Part shown: positions 17,949-26,970 of the stretch, piece after piece
How positions within the stretch are numbered: position 1 is the first letter of the stretch
Layout of the letters: every line of letters begins with the position of its first letter
Origin: Candidatus Woesearchaeota archaeon
Lineage (GTDB): Archaea; Nanobdellota; Nanobdellia; Pacearchaeales; GW2011-AR1
Direction of reading: 5' to 3'
NCBI GenBank assembly: GCA_964358765.1
Contig: CAYHPN010000002.1
Coordinates: forward strand, 62,863 to 126,862
Length of the DNA: 64,000 nucleotides
Notes under the pieces: model-generated
What the model was told of the DNA's origin: nothing
The model's database searches: none
Seen by the model: the letters and a program-made list of their open reading frames with translations, nothing else
Made by a program: the position numbers and the translations under genes

Positions 17949-19487
17949 ATGGCTGAACCTAAATCAGAAGTTGAGAAAAGAAAATCTGAACAGTTTAAAG
18001 AATTTATGAGTATGATGGATGTTGTCGATATCACTCGAAGAAAAGATAAAGCAGTAAAAGAACAACTTACTTTTGATGAACAAAAAAAAGAAATCAAAGA
18101 CCAATTAAGAAAGACATACAGTGGAATGGGTACTGAAGTTAGTGATTCTCAATTAGACAGAGCAGTTGAAGATCATTATTCAAAAAAATGGGAATTTAAA
18201 CCTGGAAAAGAAAATTTTGGAACTACACTATTAAGGGGATATGTTAATAGAGGATGGATTGCGACAAGAATTTTACTACCTGTTGCTTTTTTAACAGGAT
18301 TAAGTTTAGGAGGCTGGAAGACGTTAGGTGCAGTAGAAAGAGCGCGATTGAAAGAATTAGAAACAAATGCAGAGAGTGTTGTGGAAAGTGCATATGCAAC
18401 AAGAAAAGATTTAGAAACTCAAATTAAAGAAACTATGAATTCTCACTATGTTGCTCAACTTAATGATCATGAAAAAGGAGACTTTTCCAATAAAACCGGC
18501 TCTGCAACTTCATATCTTAATCAGACTGATGATTTCTTTATTGGATTTTCAATCAATGGTGAAGCTGATAATATGGTTACACCAGAAAATTTTGCGTTCG
18601 TTGGAGAGAAATACTCTAACGTAGATTCTTCGTTTAGGAACGCAAGGGGAAATCTGGAATCTGCTAGAACAATATTGCAAACCCAAGAAGAAATTGTTCT
18701 TTTAACAAAAAGTTTAGAAGATCTTACTGCACAAGTGAAAGCAACAAATCCTCCTCAACTTCTTAAAGATAAGGCAAGTGAATTTTACCAAAATGGAATG
18801 GATGGCATTAAAAATAGACAACTCTCAAGCGCAAAAAATGCAAAATCAAATTTATCTCAAATATTAACGGATGCAAGAGATTTTGGAAATCTCAAAAATG
18901 ATTATATGCGTCTGTATAGCTCTGCACAAGGAATTGCAATAGAACCTGCTGCGAAAGAACAACTAGATGGATTAAACAAAAATGCTGAAGGATATATTGG
19001 GCTTGCTGATGTTGGCAACTTAAGAAAATCAGTTGAACTACTCAAAGACTTAAATGAAACTCTTAATCAAGAATATAAAATAGAAGTAGTTAATGCTCCA
19101 GGAATAAGAAGTGGACTGTGGAGAAAGAGTAATGATAATCCTCCTAGAAATAGTAATGATGAAGACCCTCAAGGAAAAACATATTACCTTGTGGTTAGTG
19201 CGATAGATAAAAATGGAAGGGAAATTCCAATTGAATTAAGAAATATAGAAAATGGCAGATTAGATACAGTAACTATGTGGGGGGAGAGAGTGCCTTTTGA
19301 AGTTTATTTGAGAGTAAAAAAAGATAAATTAGATAATGGCTTAGTCGATGATAGAGAGAATAAGTATATTGCTGAAAAGAAAAAAGGATATTTAAGTACG
19401 GTTCCCCTAATACAGGATACGAGTGGAAGAATACTGCAGAGAACAGGACAGCTTACTCGAGAAGAAAATAACTGGAGGAGACAATAA
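17949..19487 (+). CDS. hypothetical membrane-anchored coiled-coil protein
   Basis: 512 aa with one TM helix (WIATRILLPVAFLTGLSLGGW). A BRE/TATA-like AAAGTTTATATA sits about 22 nt upstream of the ATG, which suggests a leaderless transcript. Confidence 0.5.
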   Translation: MAEPKSEVEKRKSEQFKEFMSMMDVVDITRRKDKAVKEQLTFDEQKKEIKDQLRKTYSGMGTEVSDSQLDRAVEDHYSKKWEFKPGKENFGTTLLRGYVNRGWIATRILLPVAFLTGLSLGGWKTLGAVERARLKELETNAESVVESAYATRKDLETQIKETMNSHYVAQLNDHEKGDFSNKTGSATSYLNQTDDFFIGFSINGEADNMVTPENFAFVGEKYSNVDSSFRNARGNLESARTILQTQEEIVLLTKSLEDLTAQVKATNPPQLLKDKASEFYQNGMDGIKNRQLSSAKNAKSNLSQILTDARDFGNLKNDYMRLYSSAQGIAIEPAAKEQLDGLNKNAEGYIGLADVGNLRKSVELLKDLNETLNQEYKIEVVNAPGIRSGLWRKSNDNPPRNSNDEDPQGKTYYLVVSAIDKNGREIPIELRNIENGRLDTVTMWGERVPFEVYLRVKKDKLDNGLVDDRENKYIAEKKKGYLSTVPLIQDTSGRILQRTGQLTREENNWRRQ

Positions 19488-20899
19488 TGACAAGCGGAAA
19501 ACAAGTTTATAAGAATCTAAAAGCAAAGGTTGAAGAAGTTGAGAACGAAAATACTACTCTAAGTGCAAAAATTCGAAATAAACAAGCAGCTATAAGAAAA
19601 TATTCTGAAGAACAAGAAAACTGCTACGCGGAATTATCTACTTTTTATCTGCCTGCAATTGATGCTGAAAATGTAAAAAACACATTGCATGAAGTAAGGG
19701 GGGAAGTACAAAGAATATTTGACAGAAAAAATCAAAGAAGAAAACAACTTGATGATCTTATGCTTGACTCTGACAATATGAGAAATAAAACTAGAAATAA
19801 GCTTGATGAAACTACTGCTGAACTTGAGGATGTTGTAAAAAAGAGAAACAAAATACAAAAACAAATAAGTGATGAACTCAGTCAAGATAATATTTATCAA
19901 ACAATAAAGAATGAAGCCGACCAAGCTCAAGAAAGACTAAATCAAAATAAAAAACGCTCTGAAATCTTTGATAAAGATGCACAGGAAAAACTTGCAGTTT
20001 ACGAATCAAATGGATTATTTATGTATTTAGTGAGGAGAAAATTTGGAACTAGTGAACAAGTCGGAAATAAATTAACAAGAATGCTTGACTCAAAGGTTGC
20101 AGAGAGGGTTAACTTTGGAGAAAACGTGAAAAGTTACAGTTTTCTAAAAGAAATGCCTAAAATGATTAAGGATGAAGTTGATAGACAACAATCTTCTGTA
20201 GATGAATTGGTAAATAAATTGGATTCGGTTGAAAAAAAAGCAGCCGATAAATATGGATTACCTTCTGTAATTGAAGAAGGAACCATTTTAGCTAAGACTA
20301 GATCAGATATATCACAAACTATTGAACAGATAGATACCGCCTATAAGAAACTTGAAAGCGAGAGAAATGAAGTAGATAATGCAAAAGGACAGTATCATGT
20401 TGAAGCCCTAGATAAATTAAAAAGATACTTAAAAGGAGAATCTATCGAAGAATTAAAGGCAAAAGCGAGAGCAACTCCTAATGCAAGGGATGATGGAATT
20501 GTTGATAGAATAGCTTATTTGTCTGCAGAGATGAAAAATGAAAAGAATGCAATTAAGGATTTAGAAACTCAACAAAAAGAAGTTGGAACTAAACTGAGCG
20601 GACTTAAAGATATTGAAAGAACATTCAGAAATAAAGATTACGAATCAGAGAGATCTGTGTTTAAGAGTAGTTTTGATATGGATGATTTGCTTACTGGATA
20701 TATGTTAGGAAGATATTCTACATCGGACGTTTCTTCTAGTATGCAACGAGACCATCATTTTAAACCTGTAGAGACGTATTCTTCTTACACGCCCAGTTAT
20801 ACTCCTTCAAGCCATGGCTCTAGCGGATGGGGAGGTAGCAGCCATAGTAGTGTCGGCGGCTTTGGTGGCGGAGGCCATTCTACTGGTGGCGGATTCTAA
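19487..20899 (+). CDS. hypothetical coiled-coil protein with a Gly/Ser-rich C-terminal tail
   Basis: 470 aa. The start overlaps the upstream stop by 1 nt (TAATG). The tail reads SSHGSSGWGGSSHSSVGGFGGGGHSTGGGF. Confidence 0.5.
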   Translation: MTSGKQVYKNLKAKVEEVENENTTLSAKIRNKQAAIRKYSEEQENCYAELSTFYLPAIDAENVKNTLHEVRGEVQRIFDRKNQRRKQLDDLMLDSDNMRNKTRNKLDETTAELEDVVKKRNKIQKQISDELSQDNIYQTIKNEADQAQERLNQNKKRSEIFDKDAQEKLAVYESNGLFMYLVRRKFGTSEQVGNKLTRMLDSKVAERVNFGENVKSYSFLKEMPKMIKDEVDRQQSSVDELVNKLDSVEKKAADKYGLPSVIEEGTILAKTRSDISQTIEQIDTAYKKLESERNEVDNAKGQYHVEALDKLKRYLKGESIEELKAKARATPNARDDGIVDRIAYLSAEMKNEKNAIKDLETQQKEVGTKLSGLKDIERTFRNKDYESERSVFKSSFDMDDLLTGYMLGRYSTSDVSSSMQRDHHFKPVETYSSYTPSYTPSSHGSSGWGGSSHSSVGGFGGGGHSTGGGF

Positions 20900-20964
20900 A
20901 TAAATTTTCTGTTTAAATTGTAGGAAAACAAAACGGTTAAAAAGGCACTAAATATGGATTTTTT

Positions 20965-21381
20965 ATGATTGATGATGAAGACTTTTTTGATGGAATGGAA
21001 ATAAAACCAGAAAAACCTCAGGATTCAATAGAAATAAACATAATTGATCCAAATGAGGTTACTTCTGAATTATTGGATAGAATGAATATTGATATTGGAA
21101 TGAGGTCATTAATAAGGGATTTGTTAATCCACGGATATAATACAGGATATAGTTGCGAAGGACATGGAGTATATGCTCCATATGTTGCATTTAAAAAAGG
21201 AACTGGAGATGGAACATTTGAAAAAAATGCAGGCGAATTTGGTTTAGAATTAAGAAGACCAGGCCCTTGTTGTTTATCTATTAATGATAATTTTTGTTCT
21301 TTATGTGATTCCAGCATAGATTATGTAGTTTATAGAGGAGAAAAGGATAAGCCAATTAGTTTAATACGTGGTCAATTATAA
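20965..21381 (+). CDS. hypothetical Cys-rich protein
   Basis: 138 aa with YSCEGHG and PCCLSINDNFCSLCDS clusters. Confidence 0.35.
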   Translation: MIDDEDFFDGMEIKPEKPQDSIEINIIDPNEVTSELLDRMNIDIGMRSLIRDLLIHGYNTGYSCEGHGVYAPYVAFKKGTGDGTFEKNAGEFGLELRRPGPCCLSINDNFCSLCDSSIDYVVYRGEKDKPISLIRGQL

Positions 21382-21522
21382 AAATCAGCATTGTTGTATG
21401 ATTGCAACAATACCGATGATGGTGAAAAATCTCTAATTTTGAGGTATAGACGGTAAAAAAATAATAATACAACACATCATAAAAATCAAAAACCTTATAA
21501 TAAATAGTTTGCTTGAAAAATC

Positions 21523-21939
21523 ATGAAAATATACATAGCTGGAAAGATAAGAAGTGAAAATGAAAGAGAATTTCTTGAAGAAATTGATAAACTCTGTAGA
21601 AAACTAGGATTTGACACTTTCTTGCCACATAGAGACGTTGGGCTTGCAAAGGGGATTAGAGATGTTAAGAAAATTTTTGAAGGAGATATTGCTCAAGGAT
21701 TTAAAGATGTTGAACTTGTAGTTGCAGTGCTTGATGGCCTACATGTTGGAGCGGGAACTGCATGGGAACTGGGTTACGCTTATGCTAAAGGGATTAAAGC
21801 AATTGGAATAAAAACTGATGAAAGCGTTGAAGATGGACTTGAATATTTAAGTGCAATATTAATTGGTAGCATGGAGATTGTTAGTTCGATGGATGAATTG
21901 GAAAAAGAATTAAAAAAATTAAAAATTCGTAAACTATAA
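21523..21939 (+). CDS. nucleoside 2-deoxyribosyltransferase-family protein
   Basis: MKIYIAGKIR...LPHRD...GTAWELGYAYAKG is typical of PF05014-like proteins. Confidence 0.65.
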   Translation: MKIYIAGKIRSENEREFLEEIDKLCRKLGFDTFLPHRDVGLAKGIRDVKKIFEGDIAQGFKDVELVVAVLDGLHVGAGTAWELGYAYAKGIKAIGIKTDESVEDGLEYLSAILIGSMEIVSSMDELEKELKKLKIRKL

Positions 21940-21981
21940 AAAGGTATTTTAATAATGTAAATAAGAAAAGATGGGTGAAAA

Positions 21982-23886
21982 ATGATTAGGTGGGAAGTAC
22001 TCGTTACGTCAATTGTTGCCGTTATTTATATTTTTCTTGCGCTGTGGTATTTGAAAACTAGAAATAAAGGCTCTAAAAAAATGCAGGAAGTTAGCAACAT
22101 AATAAAAAGAGGAAGCAAAATATTTTTAATAAGAGAACATAAATTTATGGGTGTGGTAATTCTGATAATTGCTACAATAATATTTATTTTTGACAGAACA
22201 CTAGGAACTTTTTTTATTGTTGGTGCGGTACTTTCTTCTTTTTCAAGCATCGTTGGGATGTCAATAGCAACTAGTGCAAATGTAAAAGTTACTGCTTCGA
22301 AAAATATTCAGAGCGGGATGAGAATTGCATTTATGTCTGGTTTGATTATAAGCACGATTACTACTATAATTGGTCTTGTTGGGATATATGCAATGTATTC
22401 TATGACAGATAATGTTCAGGTGCTTTATGGATTTGGATTTGGTGCAGCACTAGTTGCATTGTTTTTAAGAGTTGGAGGGGGAATATATACTAAGTCTGCT
22501 GATGTATCTGCAGATCTAGTTGGGAAGATAGAAACTAATTTGCCTGAAGATGATGCCAGAAACCCGGCAGTCATTGCAGATTTAGTTGGGGATAATGTGG
22601 GGGACGTTGCGGGAATGTCTACAGATTTATTTGAGAGTTATGTAGATTGCATTATAGCTGCGATGGTTATTGCAATTGCAATTTCAAGAGATGCCTTTGT
22701 ACCATTGCAATTAGCTTCAATGGGAATTGTTGCTTCAATTGCATCATTAATTGTTGTAAGAGGCAAGAAAGTTTATCTTGCATTACTTAATACTTTAATA
22801 GTGTCATCATTGTTTGTTGCTATAGGTACTTTTTTCTTACTTAGAGAGTATTTTACAATTGTAGTTTTGGGACTTTTGGCTGGAGTTATAATTGGAATTA
22901 GTATACTTTATTACACTTCTTCTGAAAGAGGACCGACTAGAAAGATATCTCAAGCTACAAATCAAGGACCTGCTTTAACTGTCTTAAGAGGACTATCCAA
23001 CGGAATGATTTCAACTGCAGTTCCTGTTGTTACAGTTGCCATTGCTATGATATTTAGTTTTAGATTAGATGGAATATTTGGAATTGCAATTGCATCTGTA
23101 AGTATGTTAAGTGTAATTGGAGTCACTCTTGCTTCAACTGCATTTGGTTCTATTTCAGATAATGCTGCAGGAATAAGCGAGATGTGCAAAATGAAAGATA
23201 CTAGGAAAGTTACTGAAAGTTTGGATGAGGCAGGAAATACTGCAAATGCTATAGGAAAAGGAGTAACAATTGGTTCCGCTGCATTTACGACACTTGTTTT
23301 ATTATATAGTTTTATACAAATTACAGGAGCTAAATCAATTGATTTGTTAATTACACAGAATTTAGCGATTCTTTTGATTGGGTGTACATTACCATTTATG
23401 TTTTCGTCTATCATTATAAATTCTGTTTCTTCTGCTGCGGAGAAAATTGTTGAGGAAGTTCGAAGGCAATTTAAGGGTGGAGATATACTTAAAGGTAAAA
23501 AGAAACCTAATTATGATAGAGTAATTGATATTGCTACAAAATATTCGGTAAGAAAAATGTTTTTACCATCATTTATTGCTGTAATTTCCACTGTAATAAT
23601 CGGACTTGTATTTGGAGTGCAATCTTTAGCTAGTTTTATTATTGGAGTAACTTCATCTTCATTGTTATTATCAATATTCATGGCTAATGCAGGTGCGAGT
23701 ATGGATAATGCTAAGAAATATATTGAAGAAGGAAATTATGGTGGAAAGGGGAGCGAGGCACATAAGGCGAGTGTAGTTGGAGATACGGTTGGAGATCCAC
23801 TAAAAGATGCTGCAGGACCATCGCTAGATATATTGATTAAGTTGGTTGCGATTGTCTCGCTTTTGATGGCAATTACTATTGGGTAA
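21982..23886 (+). CDS. hppA: membrane-bound proton/sodium-translocating pyrophosphatase
   Basis: GGGIYTKSADVSADLVGK, DNVGDVAGM and GDTVGDPLKD motifs; 634 aa and multi-TM. Confidence 0.9.
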   Translation: MIRWEVLVTSIVAVIYIFLALWYLKTRNKGSKKMQEVSNIIKRGSKIFLIREHKFMGVVILIIATIIFIFDRTLGTFFIVGAVLSSFSSIVGMSIATSANVKVTASKNIQSGMRIAFMSGLIISTITTIIGLVGIYAMYSMTDNVQVLYGFGFGAALVALFLRVGGGIYTKSADVSADLVGKIETNLPEDDARNPAVIADLVGDNVGDVAGMSTDLFESYVDCIIAAMVIAIAISRDAFVPLQLASMGIVASIASLIVVRGKKVYLALLNTLIVSSLFVAIGTFFLLREYFTIVVLGLLAGVIIGISILYYTSSERGPTRKISQATNQGPALTVLRGLSNGMISTAVPVVTVAIAMIFSFRLDGIFGIAIASVSMLSVIGVTLASTAFGSISDNAAGISEMCKMKDTRKVTESLDEAGNTANAIGKGVTIGSAAFTTLVLLYSFIQITGAKSIDLLITQNLAILLIGCTLPFMFSSIIINSVSSAAEKIVEEVRRQFKGGDILKGKKKPNYDRVIDIATKYSVRKMFLPSFIAVISTVIIGLVFGVQSLASFIIGVTSSSLLLSIFMANAGASMDNAKKYIEEGNYGGKGSEAHKASVVGDTVGDPLKDAAGPSLDILIKLVAIVSLLMAITIG

Positions 23887-23892
23887 AATTTT

Positions 23893-24585
23893 AATCAAAA
23901 GGCTTAATTTTTTTGATAAATTCTTCAGGATGGATTATTTTAATTCCTTCAAATTCTTTGATGTCTAAGAGATGTTTATCTTTTGTAATAATGTAATCGA
24001 CTTCACCTTCTACGGCACATTCAATAATTTTATTATCATCTATATCTGCTTTGACAATATCAATTTTTCTTTTTGGTTCTATTAATGTTGATATGTCAAG
24101 AATTGGTTTTTTCGTAAACTCCCTACTTTAGTTCGTGAGAAAGAAAAAACAATTCTTGAGCATGCTCAAGAACCACTAACACGCTCCGGAATTTATTCCG
24201 AGAGTTCTTGACATCTTTGTAATTTGTTCAACTGTTCTTTTCATTTCTAGATTTTTGTCCTTAATTTTATCTTGATATATAGTAAATTATAACAAAAATA
24301 ATTTCCTATGGAAATATAGTAATTTTAAACGAAGTAAATTCGTCTAAAATAAAATTTATGAGAAACTTGCTTTCGAATAAATTACTAAATGTGCATCTGC
24401 ACCCTGCCCGAAGGGCATTATTTTAAATATCGTTATAATTTAATACTTCACTAAATTCTTCAATTATTTCTTTGGAAAGTGTTAATTCTACTTCTCCTTT
24501 TTCAACCATTTCTATAATCTTTAAAGAATCACCAGCCCAAAAAGTGGAAGAGACAAGAATATTTGTGTCCGTGGTGATTTTCATT
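23893..24585 (-). pseudogene. PIN-domain toxin gene interrupted by a ~305-335 bp non-coding insertion
   Basis: The N-terminal part (24585 down to ~24427) reads MKITTDTNILVSSTFWAGDSLKIIEMVEKGEVELTLSKEIIEEFSEVLNYNDI then a stop. The C-terminal part (~24120 down to 23893) reads FTKKPILDISTLIEPKRKIDIVKADIDDNKIIECAVEGEVDYIITKDKHLLDIKEFEGIKIIHPEEFIKKIKPFD. Joined, they make a normal ~130-aa PIN protein. Confidence 0.75.
24121..24425 (+). mobile_element. composite structured non-coding insertion (family A module + family C module) inside the PIN gene
   Basis: It contains the perfect 20-bp palindrome TTCTTGAGCATGCTCAAGAA (24153-24172), the GTTCTTGACAT arm (24204-24214) and the family C module (24282-24420). 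The left boundary is uncertain (24090-24125). No ORF and no terminal inverted repeats were seen. Confidence 0.6.
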
Positions 24586-24586
24586 T

Positions 24587-24865
24587 TCACTCCTTTTTTT
24601 GTTTCCTGTATCTATGTATAATATCTACAACTTCGTCTTCTCTTAAATCTGATTTTTTCGCTGATTCTCGGAGTGATTTAGTAATCTCATTGAAAGATTT
24701 ATCATTGGATATTTTCTTAATAATCAATGTATTTCCTTCTAAAATAAATAATACCTTTTCTCCTTCAACTAACTCTAACTCCGACCTTATTTTGGAGGGT
24801 ATTGCTATCTGTCCTCTAGAGCTTATTGTTCCTAGTTCGATTGTTCTGTTTGCCATTTTATGCAC
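24587..24865 (-). CDS. AbrB/SpoVT-type antitoxin of the interrupted PIN gene
   Basis: GTISSRGQIAIPSKIRSELELVEGEKVLF motif. The stop lies 1 nt from the PIN start. Confidence 0.7.
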   Translation of the reverse strand: MHKMANRTIELGTISSRGQIAIPSKIRSELELVEGEKVLFILEGNTLIIKKISNDKSFNEITKSLRESAKKSDLREDEVVDIIHRYRKQKKE

Positions 24866-24996
24866 TTACAAGACATATCTTGTATTTAAACTTTTTGATT
24901 TGTTGTATCTGCTTACCTTTGCGAAGTTAAGCAGGGAATGTTAGCTATAAATTTGTTTATCTACGGACTTCAGAATACTAAGTTCTTACGATTTGT

Positions 24997-25407
24997 TTAT
25001 TTATTTATCTTTGCCATTATTTCCTTAATTATCTTGCGTCTAACCTGTCTTCTTAATTTGTAAGTATTCGCCCATTTTGCATAAGCCTGCCAACCTTGCA
25101 AGAATTCTTTAAGTTTTCCTAGAGATATTTCATCTCTTTCAAACAATAAAATCTTATTTCTCATTTTTCTTATGTTTCTTTTTCTTAATAGTTTGAAATG
25201 ATAAAAATTTCTGAAGCCAACAAAATCAACTCCGCTTGACAGTGAAATTATTCTCGATTTATCTTGATGAAGCTCCAAACTTAATTTTTCTTTTAGAAAC
25301 TCGTTAATTTGATATTTCCAGTTATCCATATGTAGCAGTTCCATTAATATTTCCTTTAATTTTAGTAATATTGGTGCGTAAAATATAGATATTTTACGTA
25401 ATAACAA
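24997..25407 (-). pseudogene. C-terminal fragment of a second DGR-type reverse transcriptase
   Basis: LHQDKSRIISLSSGVDFVGFRNFYHFKLLRKRNIRKMRNKILLF...LQGWQAYAKWANTYKLRRQ is closely similar to the C-terminal ~115 aa of the RT at 3009-4079. The finger/palm region, including YVDD, is absent. Confidence 0.75.
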
Positions 25408-25442
25408 TGCGTAAAATTTAAATAGTCAATAATGCTTGAATA

Positions 25443-26717
25443 ATGATGGATTTAACTAGGATATTAAGGGACCAAAGACAGGAACTAGATTATAGTTTAA
25501 AGAAAAAAAAGATAATTGAAAGAGAAGCTGAGGAAATATTTAAAAATTTTCTAAATTCTAAACTAATAAAAATTATTAGCGGCATTAGAAGATCTGGGAA
25601 ATCAGTATTTATTTATCTGTTATTAAAAGATAAAAAATTTGCATATATGAATTTCGATGATGAAAGAATAATAAATGTTAATACAGATGATATTTTGTCT
25701 TCTTTTTATGAAATATATGGGAAAGATATTGAAAACATTTTTTTGGATGAAATTCAAAATTTGGACAATTGGCAATTATTTGTTAATAGATTACATAGAT
25801 CAGGATTTAATATTTTTATAACGGGAAGCAATTCAAAACTTTTAAGCAAAGAACTAGCAACCCACCTCACAGGAAGGCATCTAACTATGGAGTTATTTCC
25901 ATTTAGTTTTAGAGAATATCTCAGAGCAATGGAATTTAGAGAAAACAAAGATACTACAAAAGGTGAAAGCTTATTAAAAAGTGAATTAAAGAAGTATCTA
26001 GAAATTGGAGGTTTTCCAGAAATAGTTGTTGAAAGAGAAAATCCTGGAAATTACTTAAGAGAATTATATTCCAAGATTGTTGAAAGAGATATAATAAGCA
26101 GATATAAAATATCTTTTAAAAAAACATTCAAAGAGATTTCTTCTACTTTAATTAATAACCCTTCTAAACTTATAAGCTATAATAAAATTAAGAACAATTT
26201 TGGACTTGGAAGCGAACATACTGCAAAGAATTATATTTCCTATTTGGAAGAATCCTATTTAATATTTATATTGAACAGATTTTCATTTAAACCAGTTGAA
26301 ATAGAAAAAAGTGAGAAAAAAATATATGTTATAGATACTGGACTAATTAATAATATGTCTTTCAAATTAAGCGATAATTATGGGAGCATATATGAAAATG
26401 CTGTGGCAATAGAATTAATGAGATTAAAATCGTTTAATAAAAACATGGAAATTTATTATTGGAAAAATATATTGCATGAAGAGGTTGATTTTGCAATAAA
26501 GGAAAAATCTAGAGTTAAAGAGCTAATTCAAGTTTGTTATGACTTAAACAATTTTGATACAAAAGAAAGAGAGTTGAGATCTTTAATAAAAGCAAGTGAT
26601 GAATTAAAATGTGATAATCTTTTTATTATTACTGGAAACTATAAAAAGGAAGAAAAGATAAAAAATAAAATTATTAATTATATACCATTATATGAGTGGT
26701 TGTTGAAATCTCGATAA
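25443..26717 (+). CDS. AAA+ ATPase with a C-terminal DUF4143-like domain
   Basis: Walker A GIRRSGKS, Walker B IFLDEIQ and the conserved block ITGSNSKLLSKELATHLTGRH. Paralog of 29063-30307. Confidence 0.75.
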   Translation: MMDLTRILRDQRQELDYSLKKKKIIEREAEEIFKNFLNSKLIKIISGIRRSGKSVFIYLLLKDKKFAYMNFDDERIINVNTDDILSSFYEIYGKDIENIFLDEIQNLDNWQLFVNRLHRSGFNIFITGSNSKLLSKELATHLTGRHLTMELFPFSFREYLRAMEFRENKDTTKGESLLKSELKKYLEIGGFPEIVVERENPGNYLRELYSKIVERDIISRYKISFKKTFKEISSTLINNPSKLISYNKIKNNFGLGSEHTAKNYISYLEESYLIFILNRFSFKPVEIEKSEKKIYVIDTGLINNMSFKLSDNYGSIYENAVAIELMRLKSFNKNMEIYYWKNILHEEVDFAIKEKSRVKELIQVCYDLNNFDTKERELRSLIKASDELKCDNLFIITGNYKKEEKIKNKIINYIPLYEWLLKSR

Positions 26718-26718
26718 A

Positions 26719-26814
26719 GAGATTTCCTAAACCAACGCTGTCCCTACGAAAATCTCTGATCGCCAAATCGGACGACGCAGCAAGCTTGAATGGGGTATTA
26801 AACCCGATTTGGCA
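26719..26814. other. locally GC-rich region with two perfect inverted repeats (candidate small structured RNA or terminator pair)
   Basis: AGAGATTT (26719-26726) pairs with AAATCTCT (26751-26758). GCCAAATCGG (26763-26772) pairs with CCGATTTGGC (26805-26814). Strand and function are unknown. Confidence 0.3.
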
Positions 26815-26970
26815 ATAAAGAGAGTTCATAAATCTTAAACTTTTCCCAATTTGGGTACAGTTGAAATTAAGATTAAAATTTACAAAATCAAATTTATCCA
26901 AAACGCTTAAAAAGATATATTTTTATATATACCTTAGAATATAATCATTGAAGATTAAAGAGTGTGAAAG

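Noticed and set aside
24204-24214. TTGACA in GTTCTTGACAT as a bacterial -35 promoter box
   Set aside because: No consistent -10 box lies at 17 +/- 1 bp in the four copies. Promoters elsewhere in the window look archaeal (BRE/TATA). The motif is better explained as one arm of a conserved stem.
26674-26901. 75-aa ORF on the minus strand between the ATPase and acs genes
   Set aside because: It has no RBS or promoter context. It spans the GC-rich inverted repeats and part of the upstream gene end, and it looks like a chance ORF.
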